From: Eledone cirrhosa
Taxonomy: Eukaryota
Direction: 5' to 3'
DNA: 64,000 bases
NCBI GenBank assembly: GCA_964016885.1
Contig: OZ024749.1
Coordinates: forward strand, 38,750,001 to 38,814,000
Within the stretch, counting starts at the first letter, position 1; every line of letters starts with the position of its first letter. This document shows positions 1 through 14,253 of the stretch, one piece after another. A model generated the notes under the pieces. That model was not told the DNA's origin. It made no database searches and saw only the letters and a list, made by a program, of their open reading frames with translations. The translations under genes were made by a program, and so were the position numbers.

Positions 1-270
1 TATATATGTATGTATACATATGTATGTATTTACATATATATATGTATTTACATATATATATGTATTTACATATATATATATATATTTACATATATATATG
101 TATTTACATATATATATGCATATATATATACATATAAATATATGCATATATATATATGAATGTATATATATGCATATATATATATTAATGTATATATATA
201 CATATATTTATATGTATATGTATATATGTATGTATATATATATATACATATATACATATATGTATATGTT

Positions 271-303
<33 letters not shown>

Positions 304-338
304 ACATATGTATGTATGTATATATATGTGTATGTGTG
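1..338. repeat. Degenerate (TA)n/(TG)n microsatellite
   Basis: Direct reading; source of the YI/VC pseudo-ORFs. Confidence 0.95.
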
Positions 339-596
339 TTGACTTCGTAATTTACTTAAAAACAGTGTTTATTGATATATCTGCAGTTTTCATTTAAGTC
401 TGTTTTTTCAGATACGTTTTATATTATGTTTCGTTGATATTAGAAGAGCGGAAATGTACGGGTTGAGTATCTATTGTCCAATATCCTCTCCTTATAATGT
501 TACTATTACCTAGATTTGGTGTTAAACAAACTTCTGTTTTAACTTGGTCGGTCTGAAGGAAAAGATAATGCCGTTGGCATTCTGAAATCCTCCAAT

Positions 597-698
597 AATA
601 ATAGTTTCTACTTTTGGCACAAGGCCAGTAAATACCCAGTACATTACTGGTACTTTATTTTATCGACCCCGTAAGGATGAAAGGCAAAGTTAACCTCC
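597..698 (-). mobile_element. tRNA-derived SINE family 1 (Meta-domain-like), 3' fragment
   Basis: Reverse complement of GAGGTTAACTTTGCCTTTCATCCTTACGGGGTCGATAAAATAAAGTACCAG...GTAGAAAC, shared with about 15 copies in the window. Confidence 0.85.
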
Positions 699-786
699 AA
701 TAATAATGCCAGGCAGGTCTGGAGAAAGGGGACAGTACTCATGACCTTCACTATCTCTCCGAGACTGGAGAGATCGATACTATTAA

Positions 787-1379
787 TACTCTGAAGTCTG
801 CCATATCTAGCACAATGTCAAAAATAGATAAAGACTAGCAGAATGGCCCGGCGTTGCTCGGGATTCTAAACATAGATTGGCATGTTTATCCCTCTTTTCT
901 GAAACAGTACAGAGAGAAGTACGGAATATATCGGCCTCGGGATGGTGTCTACATTTTGTGCTTATAAAATACTCTGAAGTCTGCCATATCTAGCACAATG
1001 TCAAAAATAGATAAAGACTAGCAGAATGGCCCGGCGTTGCTCGGGATTCTAAACATAGATTGGCATGTTTATCCCTCTTTTCTGAAACAGTACAGAGAAG
1101 TACGGAATATCTCGGCCTCGGGGTGGTGTCTACATTTTGTGCTTATAAAATACTCTGAAGTCTGCCATATCTAGCACAATGTCAAAAATAGATAAAGACT
1201 AGCAGAATGGCCCGGCGTTGCTCGGGATTCTAAACATAGATTGGCATGTTTATCCCTCTTTTCTGAAACAGTACAGAGAAGTACGGAATATCTCGGCCTC
1301 GGGATGGTGTCTACATTTTGTGCTTATAAAATACTCTGAAGTCTGCCATATCTAGCACAATGTCAAAAATAGATAAAGA
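787..1379 (+). repeat. 181-183 bp tandem repeat, about 3.3 copies, containing a Helitron/Helentron-like terminus
   Basis: TACTCTGAAG recurs at 787, 970, 1151 and 1332; the unit contains ACTAGCAGAATGGCCCGGCGTTGCTCGGG. Confidence 0.85.
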
Positions 1380-1599
1380 TAATCTGATTTGGTCATGTCA
1401 ACGTTTCAGACTTCGTATTGAAATAATCATCGATGTTAATGGCGGTTTCATTGAATAGATTATTCATGGAAATCTTTTCTAAAATAAGTTCCTCTTTCAT
1501 GACTTATTTGTCTTTTATCAAAATCATACACATGTCCTCAAAGAACTGAGCAGCTCTGTACATCCTATCAAAAATGATAACTCTTTGTGTATTCGGTTA

Positions 1600-1795
1600 T
1601 AAAAAGATACACCGTATCCTTGCGTGCATCTTGTTTAGAAAAGATATACCGTATCCTTGCGTGCATCTTGTTTAGAAAAGATATACCGTATCCTTGCGTG
1701 CATCTTGTTTAGAAAAGATATACCGTATCCTTGCGTGCATCTTGTTTAGAAAAGATATACCGTATCCTTGCGTATATCCGGTTTAGAAAAGATAC
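1600..1795 (+). repeat. 37-bp minisatellite, about 5 copies
   Basis: Unit GAAAAGATATACCGTATCCTTGCGTGCATCTTGTTTA. Confidence 0.9.
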
Positions 1796-2177
1796 ACTGA
1801 GTCCCTGTCTGTCTTATGTGGCACCTCAAATGGTAAGTGTCAAGAATTGCATCCGACTGTAAAACATTCCCTTTAAAAAGACGTCTGTGATGTGTACGAA
1901 GACTGTCATAAGGTCTAGATTGATAACCCTTACTTTAGCAGAGGAAATGGCCTTAAAACACTTATGTTGTTTCATTTAATTACAACTTCTTTTTATTTGT
2001 CTTTCAGCGAAGGTTCATCTATCCTTGACAAACGAACGCTATCGCTGTCTGAAGGAAACCATGTTCATTATACAGAATTGAAAACTTTTGACAACAAAGC
2101 CTAAATTACCTCATCCAGCGAAAAAAGAAGCAACTATCTTTTACTTATTTCAATTTCTATCGTTTCTTTTAAAATAT

Positions 2178-2415
2178 AGGACGGTAGATGATTGGCAGAA
2201 TCGATAGAGTCTCAGCCAAAATACCTTGCGGTATTTGGTTGCTCTGGTTCTTTATATTTTGACTACAAAACTCGCTGGGGTCTCAACCCTGCCTTTCATC
2301 TTTCCAGGGATCGATAAAATCTAGTACCAATCAAGTACTGGGGTCGATATAATCGACTGCTTTCTCTCCCCACCACAACATTTGTCACCTTGTGCCTATG
2401 TTAGAAACCATTATT
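2178..2415 (+). mobile_element. Older, diverged SINE family 1 subfamily copy
   Basis: TGGCAGAATCG A-box, GCCTTTCATCTTTCCAGGGATCGATAAAAT core and CCTTGTGCCTATGTTAGAAACCATTATT tail. Confidence 0.7.
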
Positions 2416-3530
2416 GTCTTCGAAATATAATAATGAAAATCAAAATACAGTGAAAGAAAAGCTGCTCTAAAAATCTAAATTATTTTTCTAGACCTCAAAA
2501 AATGCCATCACTTTAAATGTTTCTTGGCATAGATCAGTCTAGTCCACTTGTCTCTCGTTTGGCTCTTTCCAAAAAAACGTTGGATGTGTGATGAAATTAT
2601 TTTAGTGTCTAGCTAACTCTATAATAATAAATTCTCACCAACAATGAAGGAAATATTAACCGCAGAAACTCGTCAAAACATCTAAATCGATTAAAATATA
2701 AATAAATATACCAGCAGATTGAAATCAAAGTGATTCTTCATCTCAATCGCCACTTGTTCGTGTTCTTCATCATACCATTTTATATCCATTTCCATCGTTT
2801 TTTAACGAAATGTCTGATAAAACAACAAGAGAAAACATATAAACGTTGTTCGTTTAGTCCAACGGATTTCAACAATACTTAAAAAATAACAATTTAACTC
2901 GTAATTTCCTGTACCACATGAAACGACATGAGCAAGTCCTTGAAAAAGTACAAATCAGCACTATGACTGCATCATATTAAAGATTAAGGTCGTTACTTCA
3001 ATGTTACAAATGTTCACAACGATCTGTCCACTAGTAAAGATACAATAAACAATTGCATTAACAAACACGAAACTTCATTAGAAAAATATTCTTGAAAAGT
3101 ATCTTGACAACATCACGTTACCAATTGGAGTCTTTACTCTAATATTGCAAATTTTCACCATGATCTGCCCACCAGTAAAGATACTAAAGATATTTGAATT
3201 AACAAACTTGTTATTAAGACATTTTCTACTAAATCATTACAGAATGTTAAGAATTATTAAGAAAAATGCCATTATTAAAGTTAAAAACATCATTTCCCTC
3301 TTTCAACATTATTTTGACATTTTAGTATCAAGTCAAATGTTTTGACAAAATACTAAAACCCTGGTGACAGTGGTCATTTGTTTTGTTTTCCAATCTTCAA
3401 TGGCATAATCAACATTTTTCTTACACTCATTATCATGTCTTCCTTTTTATTTGATCAAAAACACTTTTTTCGATATTATTTATCGCCGTATTGAATAAAA
3501 ATTACTATTTTATAAAATAAAAAAAACGTT

Positions 3531-3892
3531 TTATTTTCTTCTTTTCTTCTTCTTCTTCGCCCACTTATTCCTGGGAGGGTCGTTGGAGCAGAGTCCTTTC
3601 AGATGCAACGGTCTCCAATTGATCCAGGTGGATCTGTAAATGAAACCAGTTATGCTTATGGATGTTATCCAACTATCTTGCTCGGGTCTATCCCTGGGTC
3701 TCATGACAGTAGGTTTTGCCTGTAAAATCTGTCCAGCGATTATTTCCTGACACATTCTAACCACATATCCGTAGTATCTGGGCTGCGATCTCTCAATTCT
3801 GAGAAGCAGCAGCTCTACCTGGAGCGACTTTCTGATTACCGAGCTACACATTCCATCGAGTAACGCTACTCCAAAGATCCTTCCGATGAACC
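3531..3892 (-). mobile_element. RTE-clade LINE 3' end, degenerate
   Basis: LLLRIERSQPRYYGYVVRM...RPRDRP resembles the RTE C-terminal LRWFGHVxRM...RPRGRP block; ends in a (GAA)n tail. Confidence 0.75.
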
Positions 3893-4924
3893 CCATTGTC
3901 GAGGTTAACTTTGCCTTTCGTTGATAAAATTAAGTGTCAGTCAAGTACTGGAGTCGATGCAATCGAATTTCTGCTAAACCACTACCCACCCCCACCTAAA
4001 ATATTGCTGGTTTTTGCCTAAATTAGAAATAATTCTACGAGACCAGCAAACTCTGAGGAGCAGAGACTGTTGAAGAAACAGAGAGAAGAGACCACATTTC
4101 AATGTGTCAGGAACAGTGAGGGAGGGGGATCAAAGGACCAGCAAGCTCCGAGGAGCAGAGACCAGTGTATTAACGGTTGAAGCAGCTGAGGAAGGAGACA
4201 ACGCCATCTGTGGGCTAGAGGATGAGGAGTGTCTGTCATTGACCGTGAGCCGACCAGCTCAGTGGCTTTTCTCCGGATCGGAATTCAGTCTGCGTTAGCA
4301 ACGCATCTTTTTATTAATTTTCGTCTAAAATTGATAAAATTCCACCGATTGTATATTGATATTGATTATAATGGCTATATTATCCACTTTCTCTTCAAAA
4401 TTACTCATGTGCCGATCAAAGAAAATATTTCTAAGCAAAATAATAGATTTAAAATAAATTTGATGTAGTTATCAAAGCCACACAATTTATGTAAAGTAGG
4501 GTGTAGAACTTAACTGAATTGGTTAATTGTGCATATGTTTAGCAACGTAAATAATCAGATAAAAAATATTAGATAAGTTATGCAGAACAGAGTGTGTAAT
4601 AGAAAATAATGTAGATGTAACAATAGACTTGTGTAACGTAAACTATTCTAGAAATCACTTGGGGGGGGGGGGGGATCTTCCGTTGGTTTCGACGACGAAC
4701 ATTCAATCGTTCGGTCAATTGAACATCTGACTTGTTATATAATAGTGTGAATGGCTGAGTATTCCACAGCCATGTATATTCTTAACACAATCCTCAGACA
4801 GAATTAGCATGAAACAAAATGTAACAAGACAAAGCGGGAACGTTGAATTACTGGTACAATTTGTCTTGTATTGAGGTGTAAGTGGTTGAATATTTCACTG
4901 ACACGTGTACTCCAAACAACCAAT

Positions 4925-5075
4925 CTGACGGACGTCCACACAGTTCCCGTCTACCAATTCCAGTGACAAGGACTTCAGTCTACCTGAGACTATAGTAATG
5001 ACAATTGTTCAAGATAACATACAGTGGGATTGACCCTAGGACTCATGATTGCGAAGCGAACCCCTCAACCATACC
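4925..5075 (-). mobile_element. Degenerate tRNA-derived SINE family 3
   Basis: Minus strand reads GGTCAATCCCACTG...ACTATAGTCTCAGG...TTGGTAGACGGGAACTG; related to 26450-26620 and 53690-53835. Confidence 0.6.
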
Positions 5076-5422
5076 ATTATAGAGAATAAAGACTGTGTAT
5101 TTTATAGAGCTCTATAGCTCGCTTCGACGTCTCCCAGTCTTTCTAAATTCCACTTTTACTTCCATTCCATCCCACACTATTACAGCTCTGGCAAAGACAA
5201 TATCGTGTATATAACAAATACATCGTTATCATTATAAACTCTAAATATAGCACCAAATTCTATGAATGCTGCCATAGCAAACACTATCTATTTATAAGCC
5301 AGAATCCTTGTCCCAGTAGATTCTGTATATGTTATTAGATGCTTTTAAAATTGTTACCTGTTTTCCTGGCTTATCTTTTTCTCTTCAAAACTATAGATGT
5401 TTTTACATAGGTACTATAGATG

Positions 5423-5474
<52 letters not shown>

Positions 5475-6037
5475 ATACATTAACAGAGAAAGTTTTAAGC
5501 AATACTCCGACCGATTTTCGTCTCACTCAACAAACATTAGGACATATCTTAGTATAATCCCAATTATACGTTTGGGGTGCTAACTATACGTATTTTGCGG
5601 ATAGCCAGTTGTATTATTTTATGAGACATAATTAAATACATCCCTCTTTCCAAACGATCGTTTCATTATAAGTTTTCTACAAGTTGGGAAAATAATGTCC
5701 AGGTTATGTAGAAGCCTACACATAGTCTATAAGAATATATGCAGGTGGGCACTTATAAATCATCAGTGGATGCCCAACAATATCGATATAAAAAAAAAAC
5801 CTACCGATATTAACATTCAGCGATGGTACCCGTCAGTGTTAGGGTGACTGCCAAATTTGAAATTCCAGCAGTCACACAAAGAGAAATCTCACACCGCCAC
5901 CAAGCGGGAAGGGGAGGTCATCGCAAAACATAAAAGGATAAAATAATATGCACGCAGGTCAAGAATTTTAACCATGCGTGAAGAACTCAATTGGATATAA
6001 AATAAATAAATATATGCATGTATTATTTATACATGCA

Positions 6038-6381
<344 letters not shown>

Positions 6382-6549
6382 TTTTGCAGACCCATCGAAA
6401 CCGGTCATTTTTTATACCCTTTATTATTTCCTTACCTTATAAAATTATATGTTTTTTCACAAAAAAGTATTCTGTCTCTTATATATTCCATGTGCCATTA
6501 CCAACCTCAATTTTCTCTATAACCTTCGTTTTGTGTAGTAAATTACACT

Positions 6550-6613
<64 letters not shown>

Positions 6614-6821
6614 CAAGAGTAACCAATCTTAAAATATATATATATATATATAGTTCAAGAGTAACCAATCTTAAAGAGAGAGATGGAGATAGGAGAGGAG
6701 AAGAGAGATTGGTGAATTATTTAGAAGCCAAAGCGTAAAGGCATGTGCTCAATGTGCAATATGCAGTGGAAGGCAGCTAGGTGGCTGGGTTCATGTAGAA
6801 GTTAGGTGCGCAGAGCTGGAA

Positions 6822-7061
6822 ATATTCATTAGTTAAGCAAAACAAGACCACAAATTTCACAAGGAAGACATTATTAAAAGATTGTCAACATAGTTTTAGT
6901 CTAATATAAGGAATGTAGAAAATAATAATAATAATAATATTAATATTATTATTATTATTATTCTCTACATTCCTTATATTAGACTAAAACTATGTTGACA
7001 ATCTTTTAATAATGTCTTCCTTGTGAAATTTGAGGTCTTGTTTTGCTTAACTAATGAATAT
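6822..7061. repeat. Near-perfect palindrome with about 120-bp arms (fold-back family C)
   Basis: ATATTCATTAGTTAAGCAAAAC... mirrored by ...GTTTTGCTTAACTAATGAATAT, abutting (TA)n. Confidence 0.9.
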
Positions 7062-7149
7062 ATATATATATATACACACACACACCTACTGCAGATGTCT
7101 TACACATGTAATATATACAGATTTTATATAGGCATTATAAAGGGCTTTA

Positions 7150-7960
7150 TATAAGTACTATGAGACATTAGTCAAATGAGTAAGTCACATTCTTGTGAAT
7201 ATTTGTGTAGAAGACTTTCATTTTTATTAGTGGTTTCATGATATCTGTTATTTGCTATAACATTTGCAAAGTGTGTTAAAGCCCCCAATATTTACTACTA
7301 TATTGTGTTTAAAGATGTTGTGTATGACAGCACATAACCGACTGTAATGATCTTCGGCTTCATCACTGCCATTGACAGGGATGTGGCTGACTATTATTGA
7401 CGTTGCTGGAATCCCAATGATTGGAGAATCATGTTAGTGGGAGGCTTTATATCAGCAATTAGCTTTTATAATTTGTTGGTAACTAATACACCAACACTGC
7501 CTTCGGCTGTATTAAATTCATTTCTCCGTGAAATGGTGGCGATTAAGGTGCACTTCTTCAGGGGTTCTTTTTATCAGTATCTCTTCTTCCGTGTACACCG
7601 GTTTGCAGTCTATAACGCCAAGGATATCTCATTGATGGGTTTTAAAATTTCTTATGAGTTCTTATGTCTTTATTTCCAACAATAGTGTTTTTATGTTCAC
7701 CATTGAGATGCTGATTAGCTTCTTGCAGTTGAGAAAATTACTGGTTATCTCCGTTTCCTCAGTTGCAGCCTTCTCTTTTGAGCTTATTGTTGCTTCTTCA
7801 TCTCTTTGTTGAGAACTAGTAGACATAACTGGGCCGGTAGTATTAGAGGCTTTAACTCTGATGCTGTTAACGTGTTCCGAAACAGTGATTGCACATTGAT
7901 ACATGCATCAGGCGATACTCGCCAATGCATGCTGCAGTCCTTCACTTAATGAAAACTTTT
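7150..7960 (-). mobile_element. LINE apurinic-endonuclease domain relic (RTE-like)
   Basis: Broken translation ISMVNIKTL..DILGVID..GIPATSIIVSHIP..NIFKHNIVVNIGGFNT matches the APE motifs (NxRTL, DILG, KHN..GDFNA). Confidence 0.7.
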
Positions 7961-8479
7961 GATCCTGACAGTTGACATGATGTTCTTCCGCTCAGTATCT
8001 AACAGTTATCAGATCTAAATAAATATAAGTCTCAAATTGCTTACATCCCAATCAATAGGAGGCGGAGAAACTCTGTCAAAGATGTGAAGAAATTTAACTG
8101 CTTCAGTAATATTGGATCTAACGATTGAATACTAACAGCTAACATCAAACTTAGTCTACGTATGGTACAAAGTCAATCAAGGAAAATCAGAAATATTTAG
8201 TGTATCCTCATCGATTGATAAAAATACGTGGATTAGATGTGAATTCTAAAATATATAACCCTGGATTACATAACTTTGATGAAAGACCTGTTTCACCTAA
8301 GACGCAAGTGAACTAAGAAAATGAGTACTTGAAACTATCACCCATTTGATAAAAGACGGTTTTGATTTTTCTCTAATGAAAAAAAAATATGATCTCTTGT
8401 CGAAGAAAATATTATGTAGCATTATAGTGTCTTATTTCATTTCACAAGAACAATTTTATATAAATCGAAGTGAAAAAAT

Positions 8480-8675
8480 TTTCAGCGGGAGTTTTCAGCG
8501 GGGGTTTGTGCCCCCGGGAACCCGTTGATTAAAATGAAATATACTTATCCAAGTACCCTGGGCAATGTAGTTTCAGAATATATATGGTTATGGGGGTTTA
8601 TCTCCAAAACCAGAGGAGGAGTTCGTGTACAAACAAACAAACAAACAGGAATACAACTTTATATATAGATGAAGA
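8480..8675 (+). mobile_element. Helentron/HINE-like 3' end relic
   Basis: GGAGGAGTTCGTGTAC(AAAC)n...CTTTATATATAGAT terminal structure. Confidence 0.4.
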
Positions 8676-8814
8676 TACACTAAATATTTTCAGATATCAC
8701 TTGTGTGCTCAGAAAGATTCAGACCTGCAGAATCTCTACGCAGAAAGTGTCCAACAGATCTAAGGAGTTATCGATGTCAATGGATGATATTTAAGAAGAT
8801 TATAAGAAGTTCGT

Positions 8815-8995
8815 GGATTGGCAGTATCGGTAGAGGGTCGGACGTCATGCTTTCCAGCATAGTTACGTCCCTTTACGATCTGAGTTCAAATCCCGCCGAG
8901 GTTGATTTTGCCTTTCATCCTTACGGGGTCGATAAAATAAAGTACCAGTAATGCACTGGGTAATTGCTGGCCTTGTGCCTAAAGTAGAAACAATT
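8815..8995 (+). mobile_element. SINE family 1, young copy with TSD
   Basis: A box TGGCAGTATCGG, B box GAGTTCAAATCC; 16-bp direct repeat ATTATAAGAAGTTCGT at 8799-8814 and 8993-9008. Confidence 0.9.
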
Positions 8996-9081
8996 ATAAG
9001 AAGTTCGTAAAAGATAATAAAGGGTCTGCTGTGCTGAAAGGCTAATTCCAAGGAAAAAGAAAGATAGACAGAAGGACAAAT

Positions 9082-9272
9082 ATAATTGTTTCTACTTTTG
9101 GCACAAGGCCAGCAAATTATCCAGTGCATTACTGGTACTTTTATTTTATCGACCCCGTAAGGATGAAAGGCAAAGTTAACCTCGGCGGGATTTGAACTCA
9201 GAATGGCAAGGGCAGTAACTCTATGCGTCAAAGCATGGCGTGCGACCCTCTACCGATACTGCCAATCCACCG
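9082..9272 (-). mobile_element. SINE family 1, near full length
   Basis: Reverse complement of the same consensus. Confidence 0.9.
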
Positions 9273-9482
9273 ATTAACGTATTGATGCAGCTAGAAAAAG
9301 ACACACGATACTTTCTCCAAATACCATACAATACATACCTCATAAAATCAAAGCAAGATTCGTCTAGAAATTGTGAAGTTAACACAACTCTATGCAACAG
9401 TATAAAATGAAGAAATGAATAAAATGGTTCAGAAAGTAGGAGAGTCAAACTCGAAATATAGACATGTGACTGTACCCTATAC

Positions 9483-9667
9483 CAGGCATGTCAAACTGAG
9501 GGTCCTCCCGAGGGCCACATGGGTCACATATCTGTTGTCTGAGGGCCGCACATGACAACTAATTGTGAACATTTCAACTAATATGTTTTATTTTATATTA
9601 CGCTCGCGTTGTAAAAGCCTTTGTACGGGCCGCAGATGTACTTGTAAAGGGCTGTTTGACATGCTTG
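9483..9667. mobile_element. hAT (Charlie-type) MITE
   Basis: TIRs CAGGCATGTCAAAC / GTTTGACATGCTTG; 8-bp TSD CCCTATAC (9475-9482) / CCCTATAA (9668-9675). Confidence 0.85.
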
Positions 9668-10227
9668 CCCTATAAAGGGGCCCTAACTTTGTTTTTAATG
9701 TGGCATAAAGGGTTAAATACATTATTGAACTTTAGTATAATGTGGGGTCTGAGACCAGAGCAAATGCTACTTTAGCTACTTGGTTAACTCGACGATGGGT
9801 ATTTTGCTTCACATGAAGGTTACTATGGAAATCGGAAAACTTACTCAAAATGTTTTGGCTCTTATGTTCTTCCATAGATTCCTAATGGTACATTAACATA
9901 AATCTGACAGTAATAGGTTTGATTGACACATGTAACAGAGAGGGCGGGGCGTATCAGTGCTGCTTACTTCAGACTCACTTTGAAACATATCTGAGTGGCA
10001 TCTGCAAACTCGCCCTTCCTCTCCCTTCCTCCTATACCCCCCCCCCTCTCTCTCTCGTCTCTTTTCTACTGAAGCTTGTAACTGTATCACCACAGACCTT
10101 CTCAGACCTCTACCCTCTCCTCACTATATACGGCTTTTTCTCTGTCTTTCTCTCTCCCTTCCTCTTTATATACATACATATATAAATGTATATATCTATG
10201 TCAACACACTCACTCTCTCCCCCACCC

Positions 10228-10271
<44 letters not shown>

Positions 10272-10381
10272 CTATCTTTATCTCGATCTCTCTCACTCCT
10301 CTCTCACAATTGGTTCCTTGGCGGAATTCTTTCTGTAGTATCTTTTACAGCCATCTCTATTTTCTGACTAAGCTCTGAAAC

Positions 10382-10746
<365 letters not shown>

Positions 10747-11344
10747 GGGTGAGAGTGAAAGACAAACAGACAGGCAGTCAGACAAACATACAGATGAGGT
10801 TAGTGTAACATATATCTCTCACTGTTTATATACATGTGTCCCAGAACAAGACAATAAACTGCAGCTGGTTAAACAAGATAAGCTCGTTAGCTCAGTTCGC
10901 CTGGCTGTAATAAGGTTCAACATCAGTTAAACAATGTCACTTTTGGAAATACTAGATAACTAATTCCTGGTGATAGAGAGAGGAAAGGAAAGGAGAGAGA
11001 GAAGAAGAGAGAGAGTGGGCGGGGTGGAGAGAGTTTGTGTAAGTGTGTGAAGGGGAAAAGTTAATATGAGATGGGGAGAAGAAGAAGAAGAAGAAGAAGA
11101 AGAATTGACTCCAGTGTATGACTGGTATCCCTTTATCGAACCCCTTAAAGGATGAAAAGTAACATTGAAGTTGAACTGGACAGCATTTGGAAACACAACC
11201 CACAAGAAATTGGGTCGACTCGAGGTCGTGGCTGAAGTGGAGGTTATTTACCCCAAGGTGCCGCTCAGTGAGAATGGTGTTAAAACCACGTTTTTGCGAA
11301 GAGAACTCTAGGCCGGCACCTGTATTGTTGTAATCTTTTATATT

Positions 11345-11605
11345 TTTTTACTGGTTTCAGCCATTAGACTGTGGCCATGCTGGGGCACCGCCTTGAAGGA
11401 ATTCCCTCGATCACATCAACACCAGTATTTTTTTTTTTTTTTTTTTTTTACTAGTGTCAGCCTTTGAACTGCGACCATGCTGGGGCACCACCTTGAAATA
11501 ATTCAGTCGTTTATATGGAGGCCAGCATCTATTTTTTTTTTTTTTTTTTTTTTTTTTGTAATTTGGTACTTATTTTATCGATCTCTTATTGTCGAACCGC
11601 TACAT
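11345..11605 (-). mobile_element. SINE-like family 4 fragments, two tandem tails
   Basis: GTTTCAGCCATTAGACTGTGGCCATGCTGGGGCACCGCC motif repeated; same family at 35850-35900 and 54830-55005. Confidence 0.6.
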
Positions 11606-11943
11606 CTAATTACCAGTAACAAAGAGTGACAAAGTTTTCTGTGAAATCAAAACAAATGTTTATGATAACAATGAAAATATCAAATTTAAACAAAATGTTG
11701 TTTATATTTTGGGTGACTGGAGACAACTGAGAGCATGACATGATGGCTGTCACAGTTCCATTCAACACTCGCACGCTATATACTGTATATATATACATAT
11801 ATAAATACATATTTTTATTGATTTATTACTTTAAATCGAGTCAGGCAAACCGTAGTTTTAAATTAGTATTTTTTCAACCGAGATAACTTGGTCATTTGCA
11901 ATTGGAATATCTGTGTTCACCCCTCTCATATATACAATTATAT

Positions 11944-12095
11944 TACATACATAAACACATACAAACATACATACATACATACATACATACATACATACAT
12001 GCATGCATGCATGCATACATACGTACATATATACATACATGCATGCATACATACATACAAACATATATACATACATACAAACATACATACATACA

Positions 12096-12129
<34 letters not shown>

Positions 12130-12430
12130 CATGCATGCATGCATGCATGCATGCATACATACATACATACATACATACATACATACATACATACATACAT
12201 ACATACATGCATGCATACATACGTACATACATACATACATACGTACATACATACATACATACATACATGCATGCATACATACGTACATACATACATACAT
12301 ACGTACGTACATACATACATACATACATACATACAAACATACATACATACTTCATACATACATACATACATACATACATACATACATACAAACATACATA
12401 CATACATTCATACATACAAACATACATACA

Positions 12431-12464
<34 letters not shown>

Positions 12465-12548
12465 CATACATACAAACATACATGCATACATACATACATA
12501 CAAACATACATACATGCATGCATACATACATAAATACATACATACATG
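11944..12548. repeat. (TACA)n / (TGCA)n tetranucleotide microsatellite
   Basis: Direct reading. Confidence 0.95.
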
Positions 12549-12684
12549 ATAGCAGCCCCCTCGTTATCGACTATGGTCATTGCACGATTATACAGTCGAT
12601 AAAATAAAGTACCAGTAATGTACTGGATATTGCTGGCCTTGTGCCTAAAATAGAAACAATTATTAATAATTATCAATTAATTCT

Positions 12685-12935
12685 ATCGTGCAATGCCTGT
12701 ACGTGGAGATTTTTTTTAAAGTGAGGACAGACTGTGCACTGAGCCAATCCCACTCTCTGAGAGACAGTAGCTATAACCCGAAAAGAAGAAAAGATCAACA
12801 TCATCGGTAACTACTGAGCCGCAGAGTTATCCTTGTTTCCTGAGTTACCTTCTCCTAGAAGAATGCCCTGACAAAGGCTAGGGGTCCTTCACTCCCAGTG
12901 GTTTAACCGCGCGATTGGGTGTCCAGCCCGATACC
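12685..12935 (-). mobile_element. Diverged relative of the RTE-derived element at 61545-62099
   Basis: GACCCCTAGCCTTTGTCAGGGCATTCTTCTAGGAGAAGG...GAGAGTGGGA...CAGGCATTGC aligns by eye to 61697-61888. Confidence 0.6.
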
Positions 12936-12989
12936 CGCGCATATACATACACATGCATACGTGTACATACACACATACACATATATATA

Positions 12990-13061
<72 letters not shown>

Positions 13062-13070
13062 CAGCAGCAA

Positions 13071-13115
<45 letters not shown>

Positions 13116-13121
13116 CAGCAA

Positions 13122-13163
<42 letters not shown>

Positions 13164-13164
13164 C

Positions 13165-13223
<59 letters not shown>

Positions 13224-13255
13224 CAGTAGTAGTAGAAGTAGCAGTAGTAGTAGTA
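12990..13255. repeat. (AGT)n microsatellite
   Basis: Direct reading. Confidence 0.97.
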
Positions 13256-13353
13256 TATAGATGTGTTACTATATAGTAAGATTTCTGAACATTGAGGTAG
13301 TTATATGATCAGTGTCATTCGATTTCTTTTGGGATAGAAATAATACGGTCAGT

Positions 13354-14026
13354 CCGATGTTCAAATTTCCCCATTGTCATAGTCACAGTCCTATATTTTC
13401 CGATGTTCAAATTCCCCCATTGTCACAGTCACAGTCCTATATTTTCTGATGTTCAAATTTCCCCATTGTCATAGTCACAGTCCTATATTTTCCGATGTTC
13501 AAATTCCCCCATTGTCACAGTCACAGTCCTATATTTTCTGATGTTCAAATTTCCCCATTGTCATAGTCACAGTCCTATATTTTCCGATGTTCAAATTCCC
13601 CCATTGTCATAGTCACAGTCCTATATTTTCTGATCTTCAAATTTCCCCATTGTCATAGTCACAGTCCTATATTTTCCGATGTTCAAATTTCCCCATTGTC
13701 ATAGTCACAGTCCTATATTTTCTGATGTTCAAATTCCCCCATTGTCATAGTCACAGTCCTATATTTTCTGATGTTCAAATTCCCCCATTGTCATAGTCAC
13801 AGTCCTATATTTTCTGATGTTCAAATCCCGCCATTGTCATAGTCACAGTCCTATATTTTCCGATGTTGGAATCCCGCCATTGTCATAGTCACAGTCCTAT
13901 ATTTTCTGATGTTCAAATTCCCCCATTGTCATTGTCACAGTCCTATATTTTCCGATGTTGGAATCCCGCCATTGTCATAGTCACAGTCCTATGTTTTCTG
14001 CTGGTTGAATCCCACCATTGTCATAG
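13354..14026 (+). repeat. 46-bp minisatellite, about 14.5 copies
   Basis: Unit GATGTTCAAATTCCCCCATTGTCATAGTCACAGTCCTATATTTTCC, starts at 13356, 13402 and 13448. Confidence 0.93.
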
Positions 14027-14062
14027 ACAACGAAAAAACTAAGGTTTTACTAAGCTTCCACT

Positions 14063-14118
<56 letters not shown>

Positions 14119-14187
14119 AATCAAACCGATCATTCACTGTATTTTTGAAAATAGCATATATTTTCACTAGCTCTGACAGTTTGGTAG

Positions 14188-14253
14188 GTGAATAGTGAGC
14201 TGTACTGATGAAGGGTAATACCCAGAAACATTAGTGTCTGCAGTTCTGTTCAC
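14188..14253 (+). ncRNA. Type I hammerhead ribozyme motif
   Basis: Helix I GAGCTGTA/TGCAGTTC extended by GTGAATAG/CTGTTCAC; core CTGATGA (14205-14211); helix II GGG-TAATA-CCC; GAAA; helix III ACAT-TA-GTGT; GTC cleavage triplet at 14236-14238. Confidence 0.8.

Noticed and set aside
11858-13276. Long ORFs of YVCM, HTYI and poly-S/V/L
   Set aside because: Translations of (TACA)n and (AGT)n microsatellites
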